A DNA stretch of 64,000 nt from an uncultured Gammaproteobacteria bacterium. Its GTDB lineage: Bacteria; Pseudomonadota; Gammaproteobacteria; CAWJPQ01. Below, in pieces: positions 29,374 to 40,202 of the stretch (its first letter is position 1; each line of letters opens with the position of its first letter). Position numbers and translations under genes: made by a program. Where the stretch lies: the NCBI GenBank assembly GCA_963844825.1, contig CAWJPQ010000002.1, positions 7,094-71,093 on the forward strand. The letters are read 5' to 3'. The notes beneath the pieces were generated by a model. It was given only the letters and a program-made list of their open reading frames with translations, had not been told where the DNA came from and made no database searches.

Positions 29374-31275
29374 ATGTCCATTAGCAATGATCAATTCCCA
29401 CTCCTCACGGCCGTCGATACGCCCGAGCAGTTGCGCCAGCTCCCCGAGGCACAGCTGCCCGGCCTGGCCGATGAACTGCGCAGCTTCCTGATCGACACCG
29501 TGTCCCGCACGGGCGGCCACCTGGCCGCCGGCCTGGGCACCGTGGAATTGACCATCGCCCTGCACTACGTGTTCAACACCCCGCTTGATCGCCTGGTATG
29601 GGACGTGGGCCATCAGGCGTATCCCCACAAGATCCTGACCGGCCGGCGCCAGCGCATGCCGACCCTGCGCAAAAAGGGGGGCCTGTCGGGGTTTCTCAAG
29701 CGCACCGAGAGCCCCTATGACGCCTTCGGTGCCGGCCACGCCAGCACTTCCATCAGCGCGGCCCTGGGCATGGCCCTGTCGTTCCGCAACAGCGGCCAGG
29801 ACCGGCGCGCCGTGGCCATCATCGGCGACGGCGCCATGACCGCCGGCATGGCCTTCGAGGCCCTCAACCACGCCGGCGACATCGGCGCCGATCTGCTGGT
29901 GGTCCTGAACGACAACGACATGTCCATCTCCCCCAACGTGGGGGCCATGTCCAATTATTTGGCGCGCCTGATGTCCGGGCGCCTCTACTCCAGCGTGCGC
30001 GAGAGCGGTAAGCGCGTCCTGAATACCGTTCCCCAGGTCAAGGAGCTCGCCCGCCGGGCCGAGGAACACGTCAAGGGCATGGTGGTGCCCGGCACCCTGT
30101 TCGAGGAAATCGGCTTCAACTACATCGGGCCGGTCGACGGCCACGACCTGCCCACCCTGGTCAAGACCCTGCGCAATCTGCACACCCTGGACGGCCCGCA
30201 GCTGCTGCACGTGGTGACCACCAAGGGCAAGGGCTTCAAGCCCGCCGAAGACAATCCCTGCACCTACCACGGGGTGAGCGTCTTCGACCGCACCACGGGG
30301 AAGATGGAGGCCAAAAAGCCCAAGGGGCCGAGTTATACCCAGGTCTTCAGCGACTGGCTGTGCGACATGGCCGCGCGCGACGAGCGACTGGTCGGCATCA
30401 CCCCGGCCATGCGCGAGGGCTCGGGCCTGGTGAAGTTTTCCGAGCGCTATCCCGAACGCTACTTCGACGTGGGCATCGCCGAGCAGCACGCCGTCACCTT
30501 CGCCGCCGGCCTGGCCTGCGAGGGCCTCAAGCCGGTGGTGGCCATCTACTCATCCTTCCTGCAGCGGGCCTACGATCAGCTGATCCATGACGTGGCGCTG
30601 CAGGACCTGCCGGTGCTGTTCGCCATCGACCGGGCCGGACTGGTGGGGCCGGACGGAGCCACCCATGCGGGCAGCTTCGACTTGAGCTTCATGCGCTGCA
30701 TCCCCAACCTGGTCATCATGGCGCCCGCCGATGAGAACGAGTGCCGCCAGATGCTCTACACCGGATTCCTGCACAACGGCCCCAGCGCCGTGCGCTACCC
30801 GCGGGGCACCGGGCCCGGGACAGCCGTCGAGCAGGAGATGACCCCCGTGCCCCTGGGCAAGGGACAGATCGCCCGTCAAGGGGCCAAGACCGCCCTGTTG
30901 GCCTTCGGCGCCATGGTCTCCCCGGCCATGGAGGCGGCCGAGGCGTGCGGCGCCACGGTGGCGAACATGCGCTTCGTCAAGCCCCTGGACGAGGAGCTGG
31001 TGCTGCAGCTGGCGGGCCGCCACGAGCTGCTGGTGACCGTCGAGGACAATGCCGTGATGGGCGGCGCGGGCAGCGCGGTCAACGAATGCCTCGCCCGCAA
31101 TGGGGTCACCGTCCCGGTGATCAATCTGGGACTGTCGGATACGTTCTACGACCACGGCGGCCGCGAGGAGCTGCTCAGCGAGTGCGGGCTTGATAAACAA
31201 GGGATTTTGAACGCCGTCAGCGGATTTTTCGACGATCAGCCTTGTCAAATCGTTCGATCTCAATTAAATTCCTAG
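29374..31275 (+). CDS. dxs: 1-deoxy-D-xylulose-5-phosphate synthase
   Basis: [23 protein letters not shown]...[21 protein letters not shown]...[18 protein letters not shown]. The xseB-ispA-dxs order is conserved. Confidence 0.95.
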   Translation: MSISNDQFPLLTAVDTPEQLRQLPEAQLPGLADELRSFLIDTVSRTGGHLAAGLGTVELTIALHYVFNTPLDRLVWDVGHQAYPHKILTGRRQRMPTLRKKGGLSGFLKRTESPYDAFGAGHASTSISAALGMALSFRNSGQDRRAVAIIGDGAMTAGMAFEALNHAGDIGADLLVVLNDNDMSISPNVGAMSNYLARLMSGRLYSSVRESGKRVLNTVPQVKELARRAEEHVKGMVVPGTLFEEIGFNYIGPVDGHDLPTLVKTLRNLHTLDGPQLLHVVTTKGKGFKPAEDNPCTYHGVSVFDRTTGKMEAKKPKGPSYTQVFSDWLCDMAARDERLVGITPAMREGSGLVKFSERYPERYFDVGIAEQHAVTFAAGLACEGLKPVVAIYSSFLQRAYDQLIHDVALQDLPVLFAIDRAGLVGPDGATHAGSFDLSFMRCIPNLVIMAPADENECRQMLYTGFLHNGPSAVRYPRGTGPGTAVEQEMTPVPLGKGQIARQGAKTALLAFGAMVSPAMEAAEACGATVANMRFVKPLDEELVLQLAGRHELLVTVEDNAVMGGAGSAVNECLARNGVTVPVINLGLSDTFYDHGGREELLSECGLDKQGILNAVSGFFDDQPCQIVRSQLNS

Positions 31276-31291
31276 TATTCTAGTCAGGTAT

Positions 31292-31672
31292 ATGCCCGCA
31301 CGTTACACACTCAGGGTGGTGAGCGACTTCGCCGCCGCCCATCAATTGAGAGGCTACCCCGGCGACTGCAGCCGGCTGCACGGCCACAACTGGCGCCTGG
31401 AGGTGGAGGTAATCGCCACCGCCCTGGATGAGGTGGGGATGGGGCTGGACTTCAAGACCATCAAGCAGGCCGCCCGGCGGGTGACCGACAGGCTGGACCA
31501 TCAGCACCTCAACGAACTCGAGCCGTTCCGGGAAGCCAATCCGACGGCGGAGAACATCGCATGTCACATTTACAGGGCGCTCTGTCAGGATCTCAACGGC
31601 CCCCGCACCCGAGTGAACGCGGTCACCCTGTGGGAAACGGATCGCGCCTGCGTGCGCTATACAGAGGAATAA
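31292..31672 (+). CDS. queD: 6-carboxytetrahydropterin synthase QueD
   Basis: [26 protein letters not shown] (Cys and His-x-His zinc/catalytic motif). Confidence 0.9.
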   Translation: MPARYTLRVVSDFAAAHQLRGYPGDCSRLHGHNWRLEVEVIATALDEVGMGLDFKTIKQAARRVTDRLDHQHLNELEPFREANPTAENIACHIYRALCQDLNGPRTRVNAVTLWETDRACVRYTEE

Positions 31673-31676
31673 CTCC

Positions 31677-32495
31677 ATGAGTCCACTCGGGCCGACGAAG
31701 CAAAAACCGGTCACCATCGCCGATGTGCAGAGCAGCCCGGACACCCGTCGTCTGCCCATCAACAAGGTGGGGATCAAGCACATCCGCCACCCCGTGCGGG
31801 TCAAGGAACGCAGCGGCGGCGAGCAGCACACCATCGCCACCTTCAACATGTACGTGGACCTGCCCCACAACTTCAAGGGCACCCACATGTCCCGCTTCGT
31901 GGAGATACTCAACCGCCATGAACGGGAGATCACCGTCGCGTCCTTCAAGGAGATGCTGGCGGAGATGACCCACCGGCTCGACGCCGAGTCCGGCCATATC
32001 GAGATGCGCTTCCCCTACTTCGTCAACAAGAAGGCGCCCGTCTCCGGGGTCGAGAGTCTGCTGGATTACGACGTGAGCTTCATCGGCGAGCTGGCCAACG
32101 AGCAGCCCCACATGGATATCCATGTGCAGGTCCCCGTTACCAGCCTGTGCCCCTGTTCCAAGGAGATCTCCGATTACGGGGCGCACAACCAGCGCTCCCA
32201 CGTCACCGTCACCGCGCGTATCCAGGGGTTCATGTGGGTGGAGGAGCTGATCGACCTGGTGGAGGAAGAGGCCTCATGCCAGGTCTACGGGCTGCTCAAG
32301 CGCCCCGACGAGAAATACGTCACCGAGCGGGCCTACGACAACCCCAAGTTCGTCGAGGACATGGTCCGCGACGTGGCCCACCGCCTCAACCAGGACGAAC
32401 GCGTCACCCGCTACGTGGTGGAATCGGAGAACTTCGAGTCCATCCACAATCACTCGGCCTACGCGCTGATCGAGAAGGACAAGGACGAACAGTAG
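31677..32495 (+). CDS. folE2: GTP cyclohydrolase IB (FolE2)
   Basis: [13 protein letters not shown]...[14 protein letters not shown]...[21 protein letters not shown]. Confidence 0.9.
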   Translation: MSPLGPTKQKPVTIADVQSSPDTRRLPINKVGIKHIRHPVRVKERSGGEQHTIATFNMYVDLPHNFKGTHMSRFVEILNRHEREITVASFKEMLAEMTHRLDAESGHIEMRFPYFVNKKAPVSGVESLLDYDVSFIGELANEQPHMDIHVQVPVTSLCPCSKEISDYGAHNQRSHVTVTARIQGFMWVEELIDLVEEEASCQVYGLLKRPDEKYVTERAYDNPKFVEDMVRDVAHRLNQDERVTRYVVESENFESIHNHSAYALIEKDKDEQ

Positions 32496-32637
32496 GGAAC
32501 CTCTGCACAGGTCGATCAAGGGGATGATCACAAGGCGCACAGGGGCGAGCAAGCGCAGTTTGCAGGGAGTAATGGGCATTCCGAGCCCCTGTGCAACGCC
32601 GTGAGCGCCAGTTCAGCGGCTTGTGCAGAGGTTCCCT
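32494..32637. mobile_element. MITE-like non-coding element, copy 1 (perfect 16-bp terminal inverted repeats)
   Basis: AGGGAACCTCTGCACA at 32494..32509 and its exact reverse complement at 32622..32637. The left end overlaps the TAG stop of folE2. A ~90% similar copy is at 56421..56552. Confidence 0.6.
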
Positions 32638-32658
32638 GGCGCCCATCCGCCGGCGCGC

Positions 32659-33651
32659 TCAGCCCCCCTGAGCGGCGAAGTGATCGTACCCCCCTTTGGG
32701 CGGGGTATATTGGCCCCCGTCCCCCGTGCGCCAGCGCAGGCCCGGCGCCGCCTCCACAACGCCGATGCAGGTGCAGGGCCGCTCGAGCCTGTCCATGGCC
32801 TCTTCCAACTGCGCCCGCCGCCCCTCGGCGACGGTGAAGCACAGCTCGTAGTCGTCGCCCGCCGTCAGGGCCAGCGCCAGGCCCGGGTCCTGGCCGCCGG
32901 CGGGAGGCAGGAGGGCGCGCACCGGCGCCGATACCGGGACACGTTCCGTTTGCACGGTGGCCCCCGCCGCGCCGGCCTTTAGCATGTGCCCCAGATCGGA
33001 GACCAGCCCGTCCGAGATGTCGATCGCCGCATTCGCGATATCAAGCAAGACACGACCCTCCTCAACCCTTGGCTCTGGCCGGTTGAGGCGCTGCATAGCA
33101 TCGTCACGCACCTGAGGTGACAGGGTGATGCCGCCCTGGAGCGAGTGCAGCGCCAGCCCCGCGCCCCCCAGCTCCCCGGTGACATAGATCAGGTCCCCCG
33201 CCTGCGCGCCGCGCCGGTACAAGGCCTGCCCCCGGGGCACGAAGCCGTGGGCCTGCACGGTGACGGACAGGGGGCCGTGGGTGGTATCCCCGCCGACCAG
33301 CTCCATCCCGTAGCGCCCGGCCAGCGCCGACAGGCCGGCGGCGAAGCCCTCCAGCCACGCCAGATCAGCCTCCGGGACGGTCAATGCCAGGGTGTACCAC
33401 GCCGGCCGGGCCCCCATGGCGGCCAGATCGCTGAGATTGACGGCTAGTGCCTTGTGGCCGATGTCACGGGCCTCTGTCTGCAACGGGAAGTGGACCCCCG
33501 CCACCAGGGTATCCACGGCCGCCACCAGGTCCTGATCCGGCGGCGGCACCAGCACCGCCCCGTCATCGCCGATGCCCTGGCGCACATCCGGGCGGCCCCC
33601 TCCCCGGCGGGTGAACAGCCGCTCGATGAGTTCAAACTCCGACAGGGGCAT
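32659..33651 (-). CDS. thiL: thiamine-monophosphate kinase
   Basis: MPLSEFELIERLF...GIGDDGAVL...DLAAMGARP. Follows nusB as usual. Confidence 0.9.
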   Translation of the reverse strand: MPLSEFELIERLFTRRGGGRPDVRQGIGDDGAVLVPPPDQDLVAAVDTLVAGVHFPLQTEARDIGHKALAVNLSDLAAMGARPAWYTLALTVPEADLAWLEGFAAGLSALAGRYGMELVGGDTTHGPLSVTVQAHGFVPRGQALYRRGAQAGDLIYVTGELGGAGLALHSLQGGITLSPQVRDDAMQRLNRPEPRVEEGRVLLDIANAAIDISDGLVSDLGHMLKAGAAGATVQTERVPVSAPVRALLPPAGGQDPGLALALTAGDDYELCFTVAEGRRAQLEEAMDRLERPCTCIGVVEAAPGLRWRTGDGGQYTPPKGGYDHFAAQGG

Positions 33652-33655
33652 GGGG

Positions 33656-34114
33656 TCAATCCAGGGCGGCGTGGGTCTCGGAGGCGCGCAGGCGATGGGC
33701 CACTTTGTCGAGTATGCCGTTGACGTATTTATAGCTTTCGAAAGCACCGAAGGTCTTGGCCTGCCTGATCGCCTCGTTGATCACCACCCGGTAGGGGATG
33801 TCCAGGCGGTAGCGCAGCTCATAGACGCCGATCAACAGGATGGCCCGCTCCACCGGGTCGACGCTGCGAATGGGCCGGTCCAGGACCGGGTTGACGTCGT
33901 CCTCCAGGACGTTCACCTCCTCGACGGTACGGTGCAGCAGCTCCTTGAAATACGGCACGTCCACCTTGTCCATCTCGTAATCGGCGGTGAACTGGGATGC
34001 GATGTCGCCGATGTCCTGATGGGTCATCTGCCACTGATACAACGCCTGCACGGCGAGGCGGCGCGCCCGGCTGCGCGCCTGGTGAGGAACGGCGCTCACG
34101 GGGCCGGCGGTCAT
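33656..34114 (-). CDS. nusB: transcription antitermination factor NusB
   Basis: [15 protein letters not shown]...[12 protein letters not shown]. Its ATG overlaps the ribH stop. Confidence 0.9.
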   Translation of the reverse strand: MTAGPVSAVPHQARSRARRLAVQALYQWQMTHQDIGDIASQFTADYEMDKVDVPYFKELLHRTVEEVNVLEDDVNPVLDRPIRSVDPVERAILLIGVYELRYRLDIPYRVVINEAIRQAKTFGAFESYKYVNGILDKVAHRLRASETHAALD

Positions 34115-34593
34115 CGCCGCGGACCGATCTTGCGCGAAAGACTGACCATCTCCAGGGCACTCAGGGCGGCGTCCGCCCCCTTGTTGCCGGCCTTCGCCCC
34201 GGCGCGCTCGACGGCCTGCTCGACGGTCTCGACCGTCAACACCCCGAAGGTCACGGGCACCTGGGACTGCAGGGCCACCGTGGACAGACCCTGGGCGCAG
34301 GCACCGGCAATGTACTCGAAGTGGGGCGTCCCGCCGCGGATAACGACCCCGAGGGCGATGATGGCCTCGTAGTCACCGGTCTGCGCCAGGCGCTGCGCGG
34401 CGTAGGGCAGCTCGTAGGCACCCGGCACCCGCACGATGTGAATGTTCTGGTCCGCCACCCCGTGCCGGCGCAGCATGTCCACGGCGCCGTCGATGAGCCG
34501 GTCCACAATAAACTCGTTGAACCGCGCGGCGGTGACGGCGAAGCGCGCCCCGTCGGCCGCGTAGTCGCCCTCCAGGGTCTTGATGTCGTTCAT
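34111..34593 (-). CDS. ribH: 6,7-dimethyl-8-ribityllumazine synthase
   Basis: [16 protein letters not shown]...[14 protein letters not shown]...[15 protein letters not shown]. Confidence 0.95.
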   Translation of the reverse strand: MNDIKTLEGDYAADGARFAVTAARFNEFIVDRLIDGAVDMLRRHGVADQNIHIVRVPGAYELPYAAQRLAQTGDYEAIIALGVVIRGGTPHFEYIAGACAQGLSTVALQSQVPVTFGVLTVETVEQAVERAGAKAGNKGADAALSALEMVSLSRKIGPRR

Positions 34594-34633
34594 GGCGTTC
34601 TCTTAGATGGATTGGATGGAATGGGTCCCTATT

Positions 34634-35743
34634 CTAACGGCAAGGCACGTATTCAACCACATCTAAACCGAACCCCGACAGGCCGTGCAGGCGCCGCGGC
34701 GTGCCCAGGACACGCATACGCCGCACGCCCAGGTCGCGCAGGATCTGGGCCCCTACCCCATAGGTGCGCAGATCGGCGCTGCTCGCCGACTGGGACGGGT
34801 CCGCCCCGTCGTCCTTCAACTGATGGGCGGCGATCCGTCGCAGCAGGGCCTGTTCATCCTCGAACTCGCGAAGGATGACAATAACACCCTTGCCCTCCTC
34901 GATGATGCGCTGCATGGCCCCGCGCAACGAGAAGCTGTGCTCACTGCGCTCCATCTGCAGCACGTCATGCAGCGTATCCTGCATGTGGACCCGGATGGGT
35001 ACCGCCTCGTCGGGCTCGATCGACCCCAGGACCAGGGCAAAGTGCAGGCGATCCTTGATCCGGTCCCGGTAGGTGTGCAGGCGAAATGCCGCCAACGAGC
35101 TGATGGGCCAGTCGCACTCGCCCACCCGCTCGACGGTGTGTTCCCGGGCAAGGCGGTAGCGGATCAGGTCGGCGACGGTGCCGATCTTCAGCCCGTGCTC
35201 GGCCGCAAAGCGCTGCAGGTCGTCGCGACGCGCCATGGTCCCGTCTTCGTTCAGCACCTCCACGATGGCCGCCGCCGGCTCGAAGCCCGCCAGCTGCGCC
35301 AGGTCGCAGCCCGCCTCAGTATGTCCCGCGCGGGCCAGCACCCCCCCGGACTGGGCCATGATCGGGAAGATGTGCCCCGGCTGGACCAGATCGCTGGACT
35401 TGGCGTTGGGCGCCACGGCCTTGCGGATGGTCGCCGCGCGGTCGGCCGCGGAGATCCCGGTGGTCACGCCCTCGGCCGCCTCGATGGACACCGTGAAATT
35501 GGTCAGGTGCTTGTCGTGGGTCTCGCTGACCATCAGGGGAAGGCGCAGGCGCTCGCACCGGTCCCGGGTCAACGTCAGGCAGATCAGCCCGCGCCCGTAG
35601 CGGGCCATGAAGTTGATATCTTCGGGGCGCACGCACTCGGCGGCCATGACCAGGTCGCCCTCGTTTTCGCGATCCTCGTCGTCCAACAGGACGACCATCC
35701 TGCCCTGCTCGATGTCCTGGACAAGCTCTTCGATGGAATTCAT
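34634..35743 (-). CDS. ribBA: 3,4-dihydroxy-2-butanone-4-phosphate synthase fused to a degenerate GTP cyclohydrolase II-like domain (RibBX type)
   Basis: The DHBPS domain is intact (DDEDRENEGDLVMAAE, GHTEAG). The C-terminal domain lacks the Zn-binding Cys triad and the QEGRGIG motif (it reads MQDTLHDVLQMERSEHSF and REFEDEQ). Confidence 0.85.
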   Translation of the reverse strand: MNSIEELVQDIEQGRMVVLLDDEDRENEGDLVMAAECVRPEDINFMARYGRGLICLTLTRDRCERLRLPLMVSETHDKHLTNFTVSIEAAEGVTTGISAADRAATIRKAVAPNAKSSDLVQPGHIFPIMAQSGGVLARAGHTEAGCDLAQLAGFEPAAAIVEVLNEDGTMARRDDLQRFAAEHGLKIGTVADLIRYRLAREHTVERVGECDWPISSLAAFRLHTYRDRIKDRLHFALVLGSIEPDEAVPIRVHMQDTLHDVLQMERSEHSFSLRGAMQRIIEEGKGVIVILREFEDEQALLRRIAAHQLKDDGADPSQSASSADLRTYGVGAQILRDLGVRRMRVLGTPRRLHGLSGFGLDVVEYVPCR

Positions 35744-35744
35744 G

Positions 35745-36371
35745 TCATTGGTCCGTCGAGCGCCCGCCGGCCGGGTCCTGCGCCTGTAGCAGGCGCTCCA
35801 GGTAGCGGGCCACAATATCCACCTCTACGTTGACCCGAGTCCCTTCCCTCAGGCGGGACAGGTTGGTGACCTGCAGGGTATGGGGTATCAGCAACAGGTC
35901 CACGTCATCGCCCGAGACGGCGTTGACCGTGAGGCTCACCCCGTCGAGGCATACCGAACCCTTATAGGCGAAATACCTGTCGAGCCCGGCCGGGACCCGG
36001 ATCCGCAATCGTTCGTAGTCACCCTCCGACTGCCGCTGCACGACGCGGCCGACCCCGTCCACATGCCCGCTCACCAGGTGTCCGCCCAGCCGGGTGGTGG
36101 GCAGCAGGGCCTTTTCCAGATTGACCCGGTCACCGCCGGCCAGCTCCCCCAGGGTGGTGCATCCCAGGGTTTCGCCGGACACATCAAAATGCAGGCTGCC
36201 CTCGGTCCCGGCCGTCAGGGTAGTCAGACAAACGCCGTTCACCAGGATGCTGTCGCCGGCCTTCACGTCGGCGATATCCACCGTGCCGGGCGCCACCGCC
36301 ACGCGCCTGCCCGCCTCGGCCGGTTCCACGGCGATCACCTCGCCAACGCCTTCAACGATACCCGTGAACAT
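35745..36371 (-). CDS. ribE: riboflavin synthase (alpha chain)
   Basis: MFTGIVEGVGEV...GDSILVNGVCLT...GGHLVSGHVDG...VCLDGVSLTV (duplicated lumazine-binding repeat). Confidence 0.9.
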   Translation of the reverse strand: MFTGIVEGVGEVIAVEPAEAGRRVAVAPGTVDIADVKAGDSILVNGVCLTTLTAGTEGSLHFDVSGETLGCTTLGELAGGDRVNLEKALLPTTRLGGHLVSGHVDGVGRVVQRQSEGDYERLRIRVPAGLDRYFAYKGSVCLDGVSLTVNAVSGDDVDLLLIPHTLQVTNLSRLREGTRVNVEVDIVARYLERLLQAQDPAGGRSTDQ

Positions 36372-36394
36372 GTTCGATACGTACCCTCATATAG

Positions 36395-36575
36395 CCATTT
36401 CCTTGTCCCTTCTCCCCCTTGGGGGATTTATGCCCTTTAGGGTAGAAGTAAGGATGAGGGGGTCAAGGCGCGCTCCGCCATCCCGTCTATCGATCGCCCC
36501 TCACCCCGGCCCTCTCCCCAAGGGGGAGAGGGAGAAGAAGCCTTGTCCCCCTGCCCTTCGGGACAGAAACAAGGA
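36395..36575. repeat. cluster of REP-like hairpins in the ribD-ribE spacer
   Basis: Contains GGGATTTATGCCCTTTAGGGTAG (36423..36445), which is identical to 63880..63902, and CCCTCTCCCC-aag-GGGGAGAGGG (36510..36532). Confidence 0.65.
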
Positions 36576-36619
36576 CGGAGGATCACGCAGCGCCCTTCGC
36601 GCCCCCACGATCGATCCGT

Positions 36620-37768
36620 TCACTCCGTTTCTGTTGCCGACGAAGACGAAGGCCCTGACGGCCGGACCGTTACACGCAGGTCACAGCCCACGGCACGAAC
36701 ATCGGCAAAGGTCAGCTGCACGGCCTGATCCATGCGCTCCAGACCCGGCAAGTGGAACATGCCCCGGGCGCCGTCCCCCAGCACCTTCGGGGCCAGATAG
36801 ATCACCCACTCGTCGATCAGGCCGGCCTGAATCAAGGCACCGTTCAGTGTGGCACCCGCCTCCACCAGCAGTTCATTGACCCCGAGGACCGCCAGACGGT
36901 TCATCAAGGCCCGCAGGTCCACACGGCCATCGGCGCCGGGCAGATATTCGACCGCCGCGCCTTGGTCCCGCAGTTTAGCATGGTCCGCCTCGGCGGCGGT
37001 GGCGACCAGCACCCGCCCCGGCAGGCTCAGCAACCGGGCCGCCTTTGTCAGGCGCAGGCGGCTGTCCGCCACCACCCGCAGGGGCTGGCGCGGGTCGATG
37101 CCCTCGGGCCAGGGATCGGCGGCCGGCAGCTCTCCCGGCCGCACGGTCAATGCCGGGTCGTCCGCCAACACGGTCCCGATCCCGGTGAGGATCGCCGAGC
37201 TCTCGGCCCGCAGACGCTGGACGTCCCGCCGCGCATCGGTCGAGGTTATCCATTGACTCTCGCCGCCGGCCATGGCGGTGCGCCCATCGACGCTGGCGGC
37301 AATCTTGCTCCTGACAAAGGGCCGCCCCCGGGACATCCGCGCGATGAAGCCGGGGTTGAGCCGCCGCGCCTCGTCCGCCATCACCTCGCCGGTCACATCG
37401 ATGCCCGCCGCGCGCAACCGGGCGAGGCCCTGACCGGCGACCTGCGGATTGGGGTCGGCCATGGCGGCCACCACACGGGCCACGCCGGCCCGGATCAGGG
37501 CCTCGGCGCAGGGAGGCGTGCGACCGTGATGGCTGCAGGGCTCCAGGGTGACATAGACCGTCGCGCCCCGCGCCCGCTCACCCGCTTGCGCGAGGGCATT
37601 GACCTCCGCGTGGGGGCCGCCGGCGAAGGCGTGCCAGCCCTCGCCCACGACGTTCCCGCGGGGATCGACGATCACGCACCCCACGCGGGGGTTCGGGTGG
37701 GTCGTATAGCGCCCCTTGGCGGCAAGCCGCAGGGCGCGGGCCATATGGGCATGGTCACGGGAAGTCAT
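36620..37768 (-). CDS. ribD: bifunctional riboflavin biosynthesis deaminase/reductase
   Basis: HAEVNAL...TLEPCSHHGRTPPC (CMP/dCMP deaminase zinc motif) plus a C-terminal reductase domain. Confidence 0.9.
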   Translation of the reverse strand: MTSRDHAHMARALRLAAKGRYTTHPNPRVGCVIVDPRGNVVGEGWHAFAGGPHAEVNALAQAGERARGATVYVTLEPCSHHGRTPPCAEALIRAGVARVVAAMADPNPQVAGQGLARLRAAGIDVTGEVMADEARRLNPGFIARMSRGRPFVRSKIAASVDGRTAMAGGESQWITSTDARRDVQRLRAESSAILTGIGTVLADDPALTVRPGELPAADPWPEGIDPRQPLRVVADSRLRLTKAARLLSLPGRVLVATAAEADHAKLRDQGAAVEYLPGADGRVDLRALMNRLAVLGVNELLVEAGATLNGALIQAGLIDEWVIYLAPKVLGDGARGMFHLPGLERMDQAVQLTFADVRAVGCDLRVTVRPSGPSSSSATETE

Positions 37769-37837
37769 GACGGGACGGTCCCCCGGTTGGTATACGGCGC
37801 CGGCCCATCGGGAGCCTCGCGACGGACGCGGCCGCGC

Positions 37838-38350
37838 TCAATCGCCTTTGCCGTCGCCGGGCAGCAGGGACATTTGTTGTTTTTTGACCTGGGGAGGCGG
37901 CTCCTGCTCCAGGCGTTCGATCTCTTCGCGAAAGGCGTTGACGTCCTGGAAGCTGCGATACACGGAGGCGAAACGGACATAGGCCACCTCGTCGAGCTCG
38001 CGCAGCTCCTGCATCACCCAGTTGCCGAGTTCCCGGGAACGGATCTCCTTCTCACCGAAAGCACGCAGCCGGTGCCTGATGCGATTGATCGCCGCATCGA
38101 TGGCCTCGGTGTCCACCGGGCGCTTCTCGAGGGCGCGCATGATCCCGGCACGCAGCTTATCCTCCTCGAACAGTTCCCGCGACCCGTCCTGCTTGACGAT
38201 GCGCGGCAGGACCAGCTCCGCCGTCTCGAAGGTCGTGAACCGCTCGGCGCATGTCAGGCACTCGCGCCGCCGGCGCACCGCATCCCCGTCATTGGCCAGT
38301 CGGGAGTCAATGACCTTGGTGTCGGCGGCGGCACAGAAGGGACAGCGCAT
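37838..38350 (-). CDS. nrdR: transcriptional repressor NrdR
   Basis: [18 protein letters not shown]...[16 protein letters not shown] is the zinc ribbon, followed by an ATP-cone. Confidence 0.95.
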   Translation of the reverse strand: MRCPFCAAADTKVIDSRLANDGDAVRRRRECLTCAERFTTFETAELVLPRIVKQDGSRELFEEDKLRAGIMRALEKRPVDTEAIDAAINRIRHRLRAFGEKEIRSRELGNWVMQELRELDEVAYVRFASVYRSFQDVNAFREEIERLEQEPPPQVKKQQMSLLPGDGKGD

Positions 38351-38414
38351 GGACGGTTACAGGGCCCCACTGCAGACGGTGTCGTGCATCGGACCGGACC
38401 GGCCGGGCGCCACT

Positions 38415-39710
38415 TCAGTTGGCCTGGCGCAATCTGTCGTCATGGGAGCTCACCGACTTGCCGTATACGGGGAAACGCCTGCAAAGGTCCATGACCTGGC
38501 CCCGGACCCGTTCCCCAACGGCCTTGTCCTCGAGGTTGTCCAGGATATCGCATATCCACCCGGCGAGCTCGCTGGCCTCGGCCTCTTGAACGCCGCGCGT
38601 GGTGAGCGCCGGCGTACCGATCCGCAGGCCGCTGGTCACGAACGGCGAGCGCGGGTCGTTGGGCACGGAGTTCTTGTTGACCGTGATATGCGCCTCACCC
38701 AGGGCCGCATCGGCGTCTTTGCCGGTGATGTCCTTGTCGATCAGATCTACCAGGAACAGGTGGTCATCCGTCCCGCCGGAGATGACCTTGTAACCGCGTT
38801 CCATGAATACCGCCGCCATGGCCCGGGCGTTGGCCACGACCTGGCGCTGATAGATCTTGAAGTCCTCGCCGAGCGCCTCCTTGAAGGCCACCGCCTTGCC
38901 GGCGATTACGTGCATCAACGGGCCGCCCTGGGTACCGGGGAAGACCATCGAGTTGAGCTTCTTCTCGATCTCCGGGTTGGCCTTGGCAAGAATGATACCG
39001 CCCCTGGGACCGCGCAGGGTCTTGTGGGTCGTGGAGGTGGTGACGTCCGCGATATTGACCGGGCTCGGATAGACGCCCGCGGCCACCAGGCCGGCGACGT
39101 GGGCCATGTCCACCACGAAATAGGCCCCCACCTCATCGGCGATCTCCCGGAAGCGCTGCCAGTCCACGACCCGGGAGTAGGCGCTGAAGCCGGCGATGAT
39201 CATCTTGGGGCGGTGCTCGCGGGCCAGGGCCTGCACCTGGTCGTAATCGATCTCCCCGGTGTCGGTATTCAAGCCGTATTGAAAGGCGTGATAGATCTGA
39301 CCGGAGAAATTGACCTTGGACCCGTGGGTCAGATGCCCGCCGTGGGCAAGGCTCATGCCGAGGATGGTGTCCCCCGGCTTCAGCAGCGCCATATACACCG
39401 CCGCATTGGCCTGGGAGCCCGAGTGAGGCTGCACGTTGGCGTAATCGGCGTTGAACAGTTCCTTCAGGCGCGCGATCGCCAGGCGCTCCACCTCGTCGAC
39501 ATGCTCACAGCCGCCGTAGTACCGCTTGCCCGGATAGCCCTCGGCATATTTGTTGGTCAGCACCGATCCCTGTGCCTCCATGACCCGGGGGCTCGTATAA
39601 TTCTCCGAGGCGATCAGCTCGATGTGTTCCTCCTGACGACGGGCCTCGGCCTGCATGGCGGCCCAAAGGTCAGGGTCGAAGTCGGCGATGTGCATATCCT
39701 CGCTAAACAT
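38415..39710 (-). CDS. glyA: serine hydroxymethyltransferase
   Basis: IELIASENY...[12 protein letters not shown]...[13 protein letters not shown] (PLP lysine). ATG at 39710 follows GGGAGAG. Confidence 0.95.
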   Translation of the reverse strand: MFSEDMHIADFDPDLWAAMQAEARRQEEHIELIASENYTSPRVMEAQGSVLTNKYAEGYPGKRYYGGCEHVDEVERLAIARLKELFNADYANVQPHSGSQANAAVYMALLKPGDTILGMSLAHGGHLTHGSKVNFSGQIYHAFQYGLNTDTGEIDYDQVQALAREHRPKMIIAGFSAYSRVVDWQRFREIADEVGAYFVVDMAHVAGLVAAGVYPSPVNIADVTTSTTHKTLRGPRGGIILAKANPEIEKKLNSMVFPGTQGGPLMHVIAGKAVAFKEALGEDFKIYQRQVVANARAMAAVFMERGYKVISGGTDDHLFLVDLIDKDITGKDADAALGEAHITVNKNSVPNDPRSPFVTSGLRIGTPALTTRGVQEAEASELAGWICDILDNLEDKAVGERVRGQVMDLCRRFPVYGKSVSSHDDRLRQAN

Positions 39711-39973
39711 ACTCTCTCCCAAAATATCGCTGTGGGGCATCCAACAGAATACCCAATTTCAAAGATGACTGCATTTGGATTCAGCAGGTTAGTCCCTGCC
39801 GATCGATCAAACTAGGCGGATAAAAAGCGGCTGGTCAGGCGCCGGGACTGACTATGGGCCGGTTTTCCCAAATGAGCACAACATATCGTGGCTTGGCTGA
39901 AAATACCACTTATATTTCACTACATATAGTGGTATTGAGATGGTAACATACGCCTGTCGCTGTTAAGAGGGCG

Positions 39974-40141
39974 TTACATACGCCTCGGGACATGGTGCCA
40001 AAACCTGTCGACAAATTTTACAAGGGTTTTGCCGTCAATGATACCCGGAAAACTATAACTGTTTGTAATAATTAAAAAATATTTGCGTGGCATAGAATGT
40101 GCGTCACGCTTGCAGAGGGATTTCTCAATTTGCTTTAGCAT
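39974..40141 (-). CDS. candidate small protein (55 aa) in AT-rich spacer, below the ORF-track cutoff
   Basis: GAGGAGG lies 6 nt upstream of the ATG at 40141. Translation: MLKQIEKSLCKRDAHSMPRKYFLIITNSYSFPGIIDGKTLVKFVDRFWHHVPRRM, ending at TAA 39974..39976. No recognisable family. Confidence 0.3.
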   Translation of the reverse strand: MLKQIEKSLCKRDAHSMPRKYFLIITNSYSFPGIIDGKTLVKFVDRFWHHVPRRM

Positions 40142-40172
40142 CTCCGGCCTCCTCTATTTATTACCAGGAAGG

Positions 40173-40202
40173 CCCGGGGAGCCTATACCCGGGGAGCCTA
40201 TA
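40173..40202. repeat. perfect tandem duplication of a 15-mer (CCCGGGGAGCCTATA x2)
   Basis: Copies at 40173..40187 and 40188..40202, read directly from the sequence. Confidence 0.9.

Noticed and set aside
32274-32579. Conserved peptide ([23 protein letters not shown]) translated from both MITE-like copies as a small protein
   Set aside because: The frames run antisense into the 3' ends of folE2 and glgB and have no start or SD of their own. The conservation is explained by nucleotide identity of the repeat.
36372-36619. FMN riboswitch in the ribD-ribE spacer
   Set aside because: The 248-nt gap is filled by REP-like hairpins. None of the conserved RFN-element segments is visible. Likewise, no lysine riboswitch lies before lysC (72-nt gap) and no preQ1 element is near queD, tgt or queA.
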